Shown: piece after piece, positions 22,029 through 36,000 of the stretch | How positions within the stretch are numbered: the first letter of the stretch is position 1 | Layout: every line of letters begins with the position of its first letter | NCBI GenBank assembly: GCA_030390025.1 | Contig: CM059453.1 | Location: 7,440,001-7,504,000, forward strand | Source: Squalus acanthias | Lineage: Eukaryota | Length of the DNA: 64,000 bases | Reading direction: 5' to 3' | Translations under genes and position numbers: made by a program | The notes under the pieces: generated by a model | Told to the model about the DNA's origin: nothing | Database searches by the model: none | Seen by the model: only the letters and a program-made list of their open reading frames with translations

Positions 22029-23997
22029 TCCATTTCACACGTCCCAGACCTCATAACTAACTTTTTATAAATGCACTGCAACAAATAGGGTGGAATTTGT
22101 GTTCAGTACTGCAAAATTACTGAGCATAAGTGTAAATGTAAAGAGTTAAATCAATTAGAAGAAAGGCTGTTTACCACAGCGTAACACGGTTAACTGTCAA
22201 ACAGATCCTATCTATGACGTCAGAGATGCATGTGTAGCGCTCCTTAAAGAAAGTAACGAAACCACACGTTCACAGACTGCAGCAAGCTAAATAACTGTAG
22301 TTAACCACTCTCCATCATTCATCTCGTATTAGCTGGCAGAAAGCTGAATATGTGTGAAATGTGAGTCAGACGCGTCCGCAAACGTGGGCGGTGCCATTCT
22401 GACACAGACGCCAATATATCAATATCATAAGTAAAAGTACATTTGTTGTTTGTGTGTGTTTATTAGAGAGAGCGAGATGTTGTTTCTGTATTAAGTACTC
22501 TTTAGCAACTGTTAAACATACCATAACATCATATTCTGTTACAGTCGGTCACACGCTGACCATGTACAAGATGTGCTGGCTGCCTATCTCACCAACGGAC
22601 CTGATTGAGTGAGCACTGTTCCTACAGATCGTTAGGAATCGAAACGGACTTCCGCGATAGTCTGATCCTGATTAGCAAAGAAATCCAAGATGTGACTGGA
22701 AAGAAGAATGCTGAAATCTGCATGGGTTTAATTGTGAAATAGGTTCTTAAATTTGAGAATGAATTCGGCAGCAGATTCCAGCCATGAGGAGTTGTGCGCT
22801 CGTTTCGTAGATTTTCACTTCAGTGCTTAAGGATAAATCAATCTATGTGCAAAGTGGGCAAATATTATAATATCCCTGGCCGGGTGGGAAACCTGTGGGA
22901 GGGCTCAGCCCAGCATACAACACCGCGCCCGATGTTCATTCACCTCGAATTCAAATAATAAATCAACTGATGACTGATTCTGGTGAAGTTGATTTTAAGA
23001 TCTGAGACTCTTGTCCCCAATTGGAATAATTAGTTCGATCCTGAACACACGTCAATTTCATTCCACTTGCTCCCAGTGAAATTTGGAGAAAAAATGGCTG
23101 AGAATTACTATGTATCGAGGATTCTGCCCACACTGATCATGTTGCAGGACCTGTTGTTTCAATCATTTTCAGCTACATATTTTCCAGCGGTGTTTGCATT
23201 TTCGACAAAAAGGTTCAAGTCCATTTTACACGTCCCAGACCTCAAACCTAAATTGCAATAAAAGCACTGCAACAAATAGGGTAGATTTTCTATTATGTTC
23301 TGCAAAGTTAGCGAGCTTGAGTGTGAATGTAAAGACTTAATTTAAGCAGATGAAAGGATATTTACCACAGCGTCAAACGGTTTACTGTGGAACAGCTCCA
23401 ATCTATGACGTCAGAGATGCATATGTCGTGCTCCTCAACGAAAGTGACGAAACCGCACGTCCACAGACTGCAGCAAGCTAACTTACTGTCGTTACACCTC
23501 TGCATCATTCATCTCGGATGAGCTGCCAGGAAGCTGAATATGTATGAAATGTGATTCAAATGCATCTGCAAGCGTGGGCTGCACATTCTGTCGCAGCCGC
23601 CGACATATCAGCATCATAAGTAACTGTACATTTGGTGTTTGTATGTGTTTGTTCGAGAGAGAGAGAGAGAGAGATGTTGTTTCTGTATTAAGTATTATTT
23701 TGCAACGGTTAAACATACCATGACATCATATTCTGTAACAGTCGGTCACAGGCAGCCCATGTACATGATGTGCCAGCTGCCTACCTCACCAACGGAGCTG
23801 ATTGTGTGAGCACTGATCCTGGAGATCAGTATGCTCGAATCGGACTTCCCCGATAGTCTGATGCTGATTAGCAAAGAAATCCAAGATATGACTGGAAAGA
23901 AGAATGCTGAAATCTGAATGGTGTTAATTGTGAATTGGGTTCTTCATTTTGCGAGTGAAATCGGCAACAGTTCCAGCCATGAGGAGTTGCACGTTGC
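22029..23997 (+). promoter_or_regulatory. Tandemly duplicated ~770-bp gene B upstream block (22029-22800 and 23219-23997)
   Basis: Both blocks start ccatttyacacgtcccagacctca and end ccagccATGaggagttg. Each has TGACGTCA (22215-22222, 23406-23413), TTTACCACAG and cggacttcc. Confidence 0.8.
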
Positions 23998-24021
23998 TGC
24001 CTCTCATAATGTTGACAGAAG
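23979..24021 (+). CDS. Gene B leader exon
   Basis: gccATGa, [14 protein letters not shown], donor G|GTACAT. Confidence 0.8.
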
Positions 24022-27000
24022 GTACATTTCTGATTTTTTTTTACAATTTCTGCAAGTGATTAATATCTTGTGGGAAAGGAACAGCATAATAACGAATATG
24101 AATGATTTTTTTGTTATTCATTTCAGAACTTGTGAAATAGGAATGTCATGATTGTTTAACACGTGCGTTGTTGTTGTATTATAGCGTATACAGCCTATTC
24201 AAATAATATTTAAATACAGGATTTTCAACTTATTTTTATTGTAAAGCACATTTAATAAAATTTACTTCATATTGATTGAGTGATTTAAAGGAGATTCATC
24301 CGATGATTAATATTTATTTTGATCAATATTTTAATACCTATTCAATGAGAATATTTATTCGGCGTTCGCTTACTTGTTAGTGGATATGTATTCGTTTTTT
24401 AGATGAGTATTAAATATGTTGTTTATGTATATTACCGGTTCATAAATCTCCCATCAAATAGGTATTCCTATGGCCATTTCCATAGGTGTTGTAATTGGAA
24501 ATGTTTCAGTATTTTTTCTTGATTTTTAAAAGACTGATATTTTATTTGCTATTGTGATGGGCGATTATTTGTCAATTAACAAATACTTTAATGGATTATA
24601 AAGATGCTGAAATGCATTTTCAATGACTAATTAAAGGGTGTCTAATTATTTTTCTCAGTTGTTTTTAGTGCTGAATTCTCTGTGATGATACCAAAAGCTG
24701 TGTCGGCGGTGGCCGGTTCATGTGCAGAGATCCGGTGTACGTTTGATTATCCAGACGATCGGAGAATCGGTGATGTGACGTGGTTAAAGAAGGAACATGG
24801 TCCTGGTATCCCTGGCTTCTCCATTATCTATGATTCTAAAGATCCATACAAGCAGCATTATAACTATCGTGGAAGAGCTGAGTTCAAGTGTAACATTGAA
24901 AAGAATCAATGTTCCCTCCTGCTAAAGGATATCAGGAAGAGTGATGAGGGTACATACGAACTCAGCTTCGAGTTCTCTTCGGCCTGGTATATTAATGGAC
25001 GTCGCAATCAGCGTCCTCACGTATTTCTTTCTGTTTTAGGTGAGTTTTCCCTTTGTTCCTTTTGTACATTTTCACTCCAGTGCTTCAGTATGAATCAACG
25101 TATGTGCAAAGTGGACAAATATTGTAATATCTCTGACGGATCTCAAAGGGTAGTTGAAACAATGGGTGCAGGGATACTGATAAGGGTCGCAGATGTCTGA
25201 TATCCTAAACACAGAAGTATATAGAAATTACAGCAGTAAAACAGGCCGTTTGGCCCAGACAGTCCGTGTTGCTGTTTGACCTTCACATCAGCAACACTCC
25301 AAATTGCATTTGCCTGCTAAGTTCCCATATCCCTTTATTGCAATTCCCTTCCAACACGTGTCGAACCTATTAAGAAATGTTCACATGAGGATAGATTAGT
25401 ACTTGCTTACTGAACCTAAAACTGACGTTGTAGGTCGTTCTTCCAATACATAAACCAGCAACTCTTTATTTCCAATGAAATGAAAGATAATGAAACGAGG
25501 GCGATTGTTAGAATGGGTGACTTATCTGGAATGAGAGTTTTGACCACGTTGGCCATTTCAAATTCTACTTCAGTCAGCTTCTACCTCCTCTGTCGTGTTG
25601 CTTAATAAGTTTAAGCACATCTATCAAATCGTCCCAAAGTCTGTTTTAGCCTTATAATATCTGCCCCAATTATTAAATACTTGCTTGGTATTTATACATC
25701 CTCATACCAGCCAGAAACCACGCGAATCCGCCCTAAATCCTTCCTATAGTCTGGAGCCCAATACCCGCATTCTTACTCCAAATGTGAACTGACGACGGCT
25801 CTCGTTAGAATCTCCACTATTCTCGAATTTATATTATTGATCTCTTGCCATTAAACCCAGAGCTCCAGAAACATCTTCATACACTTTCCCACTGGAGGTG
25901 CCACTTTTACTCTCTCATGAACCTGACCCCAAATTCCTCTGCTGATTCCACATCTCCCAGCTTCCTACGGTTCAAATTAACATCTACCACATCATATTTT
26001 CTGACCTTTAATTATATCTGCCTCTTATGTCCCCATTCTACTATATCTCCAGTATCTTTTTGTAACATCGCTTAAGTTTTCTAGTTATCAACTGGGAGTT
26101 GTACTTGCAAGGTTGGCATTGGTTTCAAACTGGCGATATTGGATGCGCCTCTAATTGTCCACCCCGCCCAATTTTCATTTTGATGAAATCCAATTAATTC
26201 CTGCCGGGAAATTTTGACATTTTTCTCTTTAGCGCCTTCTCCAAATTATTGATGCACACAGTGAGTAGAAACAATCCCACAGTACAACCCTATGGGAAAC
26301 CGTACTGGGATCCAACTTTTCTGAACAACTGCGCTTAACAGCGACTCGCTGCATCGTCCCTTTTAAACAGTTTGTATTGCAAGTTCTACCATATCCTTAA
26401 TTCCAAACGTTTAATATCTTCTGCAATAATCTCCTCTGTTTACCGTCGGTAATGACTGCTTGATTACATTTCAAGTTACTTTTTGGTGAAGCGTCTTTTG
26501 ACGTCCGAGGACTTAAAAGGCGTTGAATTAATGCAGTCTTTGTTCGTGCCTTTCCCTGTCCAACGCTCATTTACCCCGCTTTTAATTAGATCTTAATTAA
26601 AAATTAGATATTTCAGTAACGTGAAAATCAGTTCAAGCTATAATTTATTTGTTCATTCAAATCCCAAGGCTACAAATACTATTTCTGCGGAAGCCTTCTT
26701 CAGATTTACACGCAAGGAACCTGCTCTGCTTCTCCCACACACGGTGGTGTTTCCCGTCGTTTGTCTGGTCTGTCTATGTCTTGAGCATTATCGTTCTATG
26801 TTGACGTTTCTTGACAACAGAATCGAGATTTCTCTGGGTCTGCATTAATCACCATCACATAGGCAATTGCTGGTGCAGAACAAGGTATGCGATAGGATGA
26901 AATATTCGTGACATTTGAGGAGTTAACGTTGATTCGAAGTCCAGCGTGCAAAATTTGTTCACTGGACAATATCCATGATACAAATAATTTGGATATATAA

Positions 27001-30000
27001 CGACTAATGGTTATTTAAGTGGGGCCATTTGTTACCCGATGAGGCATAAAACTGCATTACAACTGCGAGGAGTAATTCAGAATGGTGACACACTTGCAAC
27101 ACGTGGCAGAGAAAAATGAGCAAAATGTGATTTTCTTGTTATTTCTTTCTCAGATTTAGTTGTAAGCCCATTTTAAAATTGAAATGTACCTAACAAGCTG
27201 GTTTTCTCCCGTTTTTATAGAAAAGCCAGAGATTTCAGGTGATGGGGAATTGATCGCTGGACAAACTGCACGATTGAACTGTTCCATCACGCACAACTGC
27301 CCGGAAGGCAACCTGAAACTGAAGTGGATTAATTACAATGTGTCCCGTTCTCCCCCAATGGATACTCAAGTTGGAGCAGAAATTAGAAATGAAAGTTCAG
27401 GTTCTCGGACAGTTTCATCCGTGATCACCTTAAAACCATCATCTGCTCATGAAGGAAAAATTATGGGATGCACAATTCTAATTGATGATATCCCAACTCC
27501 TTCAGTACAAAATATTACCTTGGAGATGAAAGGTAAGTATCCGGTGTAAAGTAAACAGACTTATCCTGTCGGACAACGGGCTCCAAATCTGCAATTTTAG
27601 CACAAGTAATTTATTAGGGGTTAGAACTGCATCAGAGGATGAATCATGAAAAGCTCAGCCTCTGTACCAGTAGAGCTTACCTCGATAACCAAACGTTCGG
27701 AATGGCTCTCATCTAATTCTCATCATTCAGATTACATTAGAATCATTCATATCCATGAATCAATTATGGTGCCTACAACAGATTTTTTAATGTGATTGTT
27801 AATAATTATTCTATGAACTTCCAGTCATGTTCTGAGTTTAGTCAGTCATAAATGGAAGCAACAAAGGCCATGCCGAGTTAGATCTGAAGCTATGACACCA
27901 GATCTCAGCTCTGGTTGAGCTTAATAAGAACTTAAGAATTAGGAACAGGAGTAGGCCATACGGCCCTTCGAGCCTGCTCCGCCACTCCGGCAATCATGGC
28001 TGATAATCGAAGTTAACTCCAATTTCCCGCCTGATCCCCATACCCATTATAATGAATTAATTAGGAGCTCAATTATGCTTATTCGACCGTCACGTTTTGC
28101 ATTAACGTCTGATTCAGAGGGACTGGACATCACAACCGTCAACTGCTCTATAGTAGCTGTGGAAGGAAGTTCATTCTTATTTTCCTGCACGGCCTGTGGG
28201 AAACCCCTGGTCAGTTTATAATGTGTGAAAAATGGGGAAGAGATCAGCAGGTCTTCCACTGGTGAACTAAAGCAGATATTGCGCAACATTCGTTCAGAGG
28301 ACGGCGGTGAATATTGGCGCCTAGCTGAAAATGCCCTGGGCACCACAAAACGTTCCACATAAATTTCTGTACAATGTAGGTATGTATTAATTTATCAATT
28401 AGACAGTAGCCTTTCATGTCACGAACTATGATTAAATTCCAATTCTCTCTTGCCTGCTTGCTAGAAGGCGCCCATGTGTATGAGTTTGGGACAGTTTCAC
28501 CCCTTCCCGCGGAAATAGCGGCAAACTACCTCGACGGCTTCAATAATGGAAACTAACCTGGCATCTCGCTCAGTATGACAGGAGTGGAATATCGCACAAT
28601 GCCTCATAAATGCAGCAGGTCTTACATTTATGAGGTTGCGACACAAGCACATTTACTGGGATATTTAATCGACAACTAATTGTTCATAAATTATACTCAT
28701 CATCTGAAATAAACAATCCTTAGAGCCGGCTTGCAGCAATTTGATGAGTACCAATTATTTCCAAAAAAAGTGAGATAAAATGGTGTTCAGCCAACTCCTG
28801 TTACTTGTATTAACGTTGAGTTAATAGTGTAATATTCTCGCGTCTTGGTTCTTTGAAATGTCGCCTTGTGAGCCGGACGTTTATTGAAGAATCACGTCAG
28901 TCCACCACAAATGAAGATGTTTAAAACAGTACACAAAGTGAAGACATTGAAATAAATAGAACTTTTAAAACATTGACGGGTGAGACACCTTTGTGGGCTA
29001 TTATACATAATCAAATCTCTGAGCTAGCTCCGTCTGAGGGTCCCTCACAACATCTGTCAGTAGATGTATTGATGGACTGAACACTCATTGGATTTAATAT
29101 GGAATTGTTCCTAACGAGCTCACCTGTTATAAGTAAAAATATAATAAGCCATGAACTGGTGCAACATAGACTGCTTCATCTTAAAATATAACAACCAGAA
29201 CTATTCTTGTTATTTCAACTCATTACTTAATTGTATTTTGACACTACAACTGTTTTCATGATCATTTCCTATTGAAGTTTCCATTTTTTTTTTAGGTAAA
29301 CCCACAATTTTAACAGGCCCGACATGCACCAACTCTGAGAATTGGACGGATTGCAGATGCCGGATCAGAGCCAATCCCACGGGAAACATCACGTGGGGCC
29401 TCAATGGGAGAATCCTCTCTGGGGACAGGTCAGATGTGGAAATCATCTCCTGGGCGGTGAATAGTCACATCATGGAGAGCTCCCTGAAACTGACTCACCC
29501 AACCGGAAACGGAAACCTGATCTCATGTGTTGTAGCAAACGAGCACGGTGAATCTGTCAGTATATACGATCTCCACTCTAACGGTACGTTTTTAATCTAT
29601 CTGTAATGTAAAACTATAAGGGAGTTGGTACATCATTGGTCAGTCACTAACTGAACGGTGTTAGTGTCAGCACATACCAGCTTCATTCAGCAGGCCCATA
29701 CTGGATCTCTCTCGAATTAGTGTTGGGACCCCTTTCCATCTGTGGTCAATCTCCAACTGAAAGGTGAGGTCGGCATTATCCATTTTAACTTTCATTCTTC
29801 TGCAAATTGTTCGGTTTATATTTTCAAGATAATTTGAAATGATCTGAGCACCTGAAATAGCCAGTAATCTTGGAAAACAAAATCTTCTGAATTAAGATAA
29901 AACCTTTAGAAAATCCTAAATTATCTCAATACATGATAGCAAACTGCAATCTACCCTTTTGTAGCAAAATGCTCATTTCTATCTTGTTCAGACACATTTG

Positions 30001-33000
30001 GGTAAGTAGAGCCGTTATTGAATAACCGAAGCGAAATTTAATTTTTCGCTATAGATTATAAATATTACCGCTGTAAATTGTGACCGTGGCGGGCCTGTAT
30101 TCCGATCAGATTAAGCGCACTGTTTTTCCGAGGGTGGGTTGTGGAGTGAACTTTATTCGTCAATTGAGATTTTTACATCAGTGAATATTAATTTATTGAT
30201 TCCAATTTACGCTTGGCCGCAACACAGGAATAAAAGGCTTTTACGCAAGGATCATCAGGTTGAGACAAGTGGAGTTCATAAATTATCATTAGTTTTGTGA
30301 TCCAAACATGAAGGAAACTTGCTTCCTCACACTCATAAATGTGCTTCCAAGATTGTTGTTTAATCCCAAATTCCTAATATAGAGCAATGTTATCCGACAT
30401 TACAGGAATATTCTCCTTGACAGTCATAATAGGATTAGAAGCCATTCGGCTTGTTATTCTAATTGCAGTCGTGCTCAAGCTGAAGATAAAAAGGTAGGTG
30501 TGATTATTAATTATATAGAATTAAGTTTCAAAGGAAACCTGTATCAGAACGTTTGTCTATCAAAATCTCCTTTAAATTAAACTCCCGTGAGTGCAGTGGG
30601 CATCAGCCTAAACTGGTGCGTAAAGTAGGAAGGTCAATCATCCCTGATCAGTCGCTCGCATCTCCAAGCATCAAATACAGAGTAATATTAGTGGCTGCTT
30701 GAATCAGACTGTCTGTACATTCTTCCTGTTATATTATTGGGGTCTGTTTCCTTCTGTTTAAAGTGGACATTTTTGGACTTCTGATCGCTGGCGCTCTTTG
30801 TGCCAGGGAGTGTTTACGCTTCCCGTGCAATCTGGATAAAGTTTTCAGCAGGCTCAAAGAATGGGCATACAAGCCCTTTCAGTTTGTTTCTGTTGCTGCT
30901 TTTATGGGGCACCCTCACACGAGCCTCCTTGTCATGACTGACTCTCAGCACAACACTACACCAGATTGACACTTAAGTTCTATCAATCAAGCTGGTCCAG
31001 CAAACAGTAAACCAACAAGCAAACAGTAAAATTAACGTGACACAGACGCTTACAGTCGTTGTTAAGGTTGCTTCGCTCAAGGAGTAGAACATTATATTTC
31101 AAAATTGGGTGTGACTGAAGTGCTAAAGTATGATACAAGCACTTATTTATGTTGCGCTTCTTATCTTATTCTTCCCAGTGATTTAAGCTATTTCGTCTGA
31201 CTAGCTTTCTTTCAAAGCTCTGGAGAGACTCGCTGCTTTTGATAGACAGGCTGATAATTACATTCAGAGTTGTGACCAGCTCCAACTGAATTCAAATAAC
31301 ACCCAATCAGGTTTACAATCTGCTGCCAATCAAATTTATCCTTCAACCAATCGGACAAGATGTGTGCAATTGAAATCTATGACGCCGCCCCTCAACAGAC
31401 AATGTTTCGACAACAACCGCAACAGCATGTGCCAGAACACTCTTTTAGCTTTTAATCATTCATGTACCATAATATATTTAAAGAAGGGAATTCCTTGCAT
31501 AATAATATCCACTAATCAATTATCGCAAAAAGATTGATGAGGAATATTGATGTATACCTAATTTCTAACTCCAATGTGTTGAAGTGGTCTACCTAATAAT
31601 AGAAAGGACTGCGTTGACACATTGAAACATTTGCATCTGCTATTTACCCATGTTGAAATCATTAATAAACCTCCCACTGACCGTTATTTATCACACTCAA
31701 CTTTCAGCTAGCGCAATCAGCACAGTATCATTAACACCAATCACAGATAAATTAAAATGCACCCTTTGGAAATGTTGGCTTGTGGAAATTGAAAAGAATT
31801 GGGTTGCGGATCTGGTCTGTGCTTTTTGGGAGAAGTAAAAGACACAAGGTGCCAAATAAAAGGTTATTACATAAGATTAGGGCTCATGTGGTTGGGTGTT
31901 ATAAAGTTGCATGGATAGAGGAGAGGTGAACAGACAGAAAACAGTGTAGGTCTAAACGGATCTTTTTCAGTTTGGCAGGCTGCAACTTGTAGGCTGCCGC
32001 AATGATCAGTGTTGGGGCCCCAGCTATTTACAATCTATATTAATGATCTAGATGAAGAGACAGAGTGTAATGTATCCAATTTTTTTGATGATACAAAACT
32101 AGGTGGGACAGTAAGCTGTGAGGAGAACACAAAGCGTCTGCTGAGGGATATAGATAGACTAAGTGAGTGGGCAGTAAGGTGGCAGATGGAGAATAATGTA
32201 AGCAAATGTGAGGTCATTCACTTTGGTAGGAAGAATAGCAAAACAGAATGTTTTTTAAATGGTGAGAAACTTTCAAATGTTGGTGTTCAGGGAGATTTGG
32301 GTGTCCTCGTGCAAGAAACACAGAAAGCTAGCATGCAGGTACAGCAAGCAATCAGGAAGGCAAATGGCATGTTGGCCTTTATTGCAAGGGGGTTGGAGTC
32401 TAAGAGTAAGGACGTTTTGCTACAATTGTACAGGGCCTTGGTGAGACCACACCTAGAGTACTGTGCACAGTTTTGGTCTCCTTATCTAAGGAAGGATATA
32501 TTTGCCTTGGAGGCGTGCAACGAAGGTTCACTAGATTAATTCCTGGGATGAGAGGGTTGTCTTACGATGACAGATTGTGAAGAATGGGCCTATATTATCT
32601 GGAGTTTAGAAGAATGAGTGATGATCTCTTTGAACCAGACAAGATTCTGAAGAGGATTGACAGGGTAGATGCTGTCAGGCTGTTTCTCCTGGCTGGAGTC
32701 TCTAGAAATAGGGGGCATAGTCTCAGGATAAGGGGTATGCCATTTAAGACGGAGATGAGGAGTAATTTCTTCGCTCAGAGGGTTGTGAATCTTTGGAATT
32801 CTCTGCCCCAGAGGGCTGTGAATGCAGAGTTTTGGATTATATTCAAGGCTGAGATAGATAGATTGTTGGACTCTTGGGGAATCAAGGGATATGGAGATTG
32901 GGCGGGAAATTGAGTTGAGTTCGAAGATCAGCCATGATCTTATTGAATGGCGGAAAAGTCTAGAGGGGCCGTATGGCCGACTCCTGCTCCTATTTCTTAT

Positions 33001-36000
33001 TTCTTATGTTCTTAAGTCTTTCCTGTCCCCCTCACGTCCTTCATCGCGCAGGCGCAGTGTGCTTTCACTAAACATTCCAGTTAATTAATAGAAGTGCCTC
33101 ATTTGCATTTGTTATTATTCAGGAAGAAACATGGAGAAGCTGCACGTGTCTCCGACGCACACGATGATTTGGTGATTTACAGTACGGTGCAGAAGGCACT
33201 AAACGATGACGTAAGTGATGCCAAGCTGGGCTGACAATTGTAGGATGTTTGGTGTGCTTTCAACCGGCAAGTGACCAATAAAGGTCAATACCCAACAGAT
33301 AAACGGGAGTTACAGAAACGTGTTGGCCTTTAATGGAGGATTAACCGCCTCACGTCGCGAAGAGTGCAACAGAGCTACAAACTCTACATTAAGTGACCTA
33401 CTAAATACATTTAGAAAGTATTTCTCACCTTGGCGTTCCTTCTCAAAGCAAATTATTTCTTTAAGAATGCGTTTCCAATGTTATTTTACCTCCTACCAAT
33501 TAGGTTTCACGTGTTAAATGTCCAACACGATCACAAAGTGTTGGCGACACAGATGGGATAAACATTTTAGTTCCTCAGGTGCAACTCCGAATTGCATCTT
33601 GCTGCCGATGTGGTTCCCATGTTCCTCACCTTTCATTCAGAAGGTTGTGGCTTCAAGCTTCGCTCCAGCATTTGAACCTATAATCTGGGCTGAAACTTCA
33701 TTTAAAAACTGAAGGAGTGCAACATTGCCTGAAGTCCCGTTCTTTCGATTAGATGTTAAACGTGGCCACGTTTGTATCCTCCTATGGAGGGAAACGATCT
33801 TATGGTGCTACTGTGGGGACGTTTGAGAGTTTTCCCAGTGCCCTTGCAAACATTTCTCCCTCGATGAACACCAGCTAAAACGGATTAATTCGCCATTCAT
33901 CCCATTAACTGGTTGTTGCATTTTTTCTGCAACAGCGGCAAGAATTCAAAATGTATTATTGCATAGCATCGATTCGGTCTTAATAATCACAGAATCATGC
34001 AGCCCAGAATGAGGCCATTCAGCCCATGGTGCCTGTGCTGGCTGTTTGAAAGAGCTAAATAATTAGTCACACTACACTGATTTTGCCCTTAGCCCTGATT
34101 TAATTTGTTTTTCATATTCACGCATATATCCATTTCCCTTTTTAAAGTCACTATTGAATCTGCTGCCAGCGCCATAGAGGCAGCTCATTCGAAATCATTT
34201 CGTTCTTGTCCCAAATATCTTCAATCTGTGTCCATTGGTCAGCTACGCTCCTGCCAGTGGAAACAATTTCTCCTAAATGTTGTATCAAAATTCTGCTGAA
34301 TTTTGATCACCAATATCTAATCTCCCTTTAACATTCTCTACACTAAGCAGAACAATCCCAGTTTCCCTGGACTCTCCGTTTAAGTGCAGTCCCTCATTCC
34401 TCCTATAATTCTAGCAAATTTGCTCTGTACCTTCTCGAAGGCATTGACATCGTTTTGACAGTGTTATGCACAGAATTGGACGAAATACGTCAGCCGAGGC
34501 CCAACAACTGATGCATAAAGGTTCAGCGTATTTTCCTTGTTTTCATAATCTGTACCTCAATTTATAAAAACCCGGATCACGTATGTTATTTAGAAGCCTT
34601 AGAATTATTTTACAGCACAGAAGGCGGCCATTCGGCCCGTTGTACCTGTGCCGGCGCTTTGAAAGAGGTTTCCATTTTAATCCCACACCCAAGCGATATC
34701 GACTCGTCCAGATATACAATTGCATTTTCTTTATTTCTTATAGAATCATAGAACAATAGAAGATATGAGCAGGAGTAGGCCATTTGGCCCCTCTAGCCTG
34801 CTCCACCATTCAATGCGATCATGGCTGATCATCCAAATTCACTACCCTGTCCCTGCTTTCTCCCCATATCCCTTGATCCCTTTAGCCTTAAGAAATATAT
34901 CCAACACCTTCTTGAATCTATTTAATGAATTGGCCTCTACTGACTTCTGTGGCAGAGAATTCCACAGGTTCACCACTCTCTGCGAGAAGAAATTCCTCCT
35001 CATTTCTGTCCTAAACGGCTTACCCCTTATCCTTCGACTGTGGCCCCTGGTTTTGGTCTCAACGACCATCGGGAACATCCTTCCTGCATCTAGTTTGTCC
35101 TGTCCTGTCAGAATTTTATAAATTTCAATGAGATCCCCTCTCATTCTTCTAAACTCCAGCGAGTATAAGCCCAATCGACCCAATCTCTCTTCATACGTCA
35201 TTCCTGCCATCACAGGTATCAGCCTTGTGAAACTTCGCTGAACACCTTCCATGGCAAGAACATCCTTCCTCAGATAAGGCGACCAAAACTGCACACAGTA
35301 CTCAAGGTGTGGTCTCACCAAGGCCCTGCACAACTGCAGCAAGACATCCTTGTTCCTGGACTTAAACCCTCTCGCTATGAAGGCCAACATACCATTTGCC
35401 TTCTTAACCGCCTGCTGCACCTGCATGCTTACCTTCAGCGACTGGTGCACATGGGCACCCAGATTTCGTTGCACATCCCCTTCTCCCAATCTATTGCCAT
35501 TCAGATAATAATCTGCCTTTCTGTTTTTCAGACCAAAGTGGATAACCTCGCATTTATCCACGTTATATTGCATCTGCCACGCTTCTGCCCAATCACCCAA
35601 CCTGTCCAAATCATCCTGGAGTTTCTCGGCATCCTCCTAGCAGCACACACGCCCACCCAGTTTTGTGTCGCCTGTAAACTTGAAGATATTACATCTAGCT
35701 TCCTTGTCTAGATCATTAATATATATTGTGAATAGCTGGGGTCCAAGGACCGTTCCCTGCGGTACCCCACTAGTCACTGCCTGCCACTCGGAAAAAGACC
35801 CGTTTATTGCAACTCTTTGCGTTCTGTCTGCCAACCAGTTCTCTATCCAAGTCAATACCTTGCCCCCAATCCCATGTGCCTTAACTTTACACGCAAAAGG
35901 TAAATCATGCTTGACTAATCTACTGGAATGCGGGACCTTATCAAAAGCCTTTTGGAAGTCCAAATACACGACATCCATTGGTTCTCCCTTTTCTATTTTA

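Noticed and set aside
24659-25039. V exons as rearranging Ig/TCR/IgNAR V segments
   Set aside because: They include the G strand, end in splice donors, have no heptamer-nonamer RSS, and show the Siglec B-E cysteine pattern rather than YYC.
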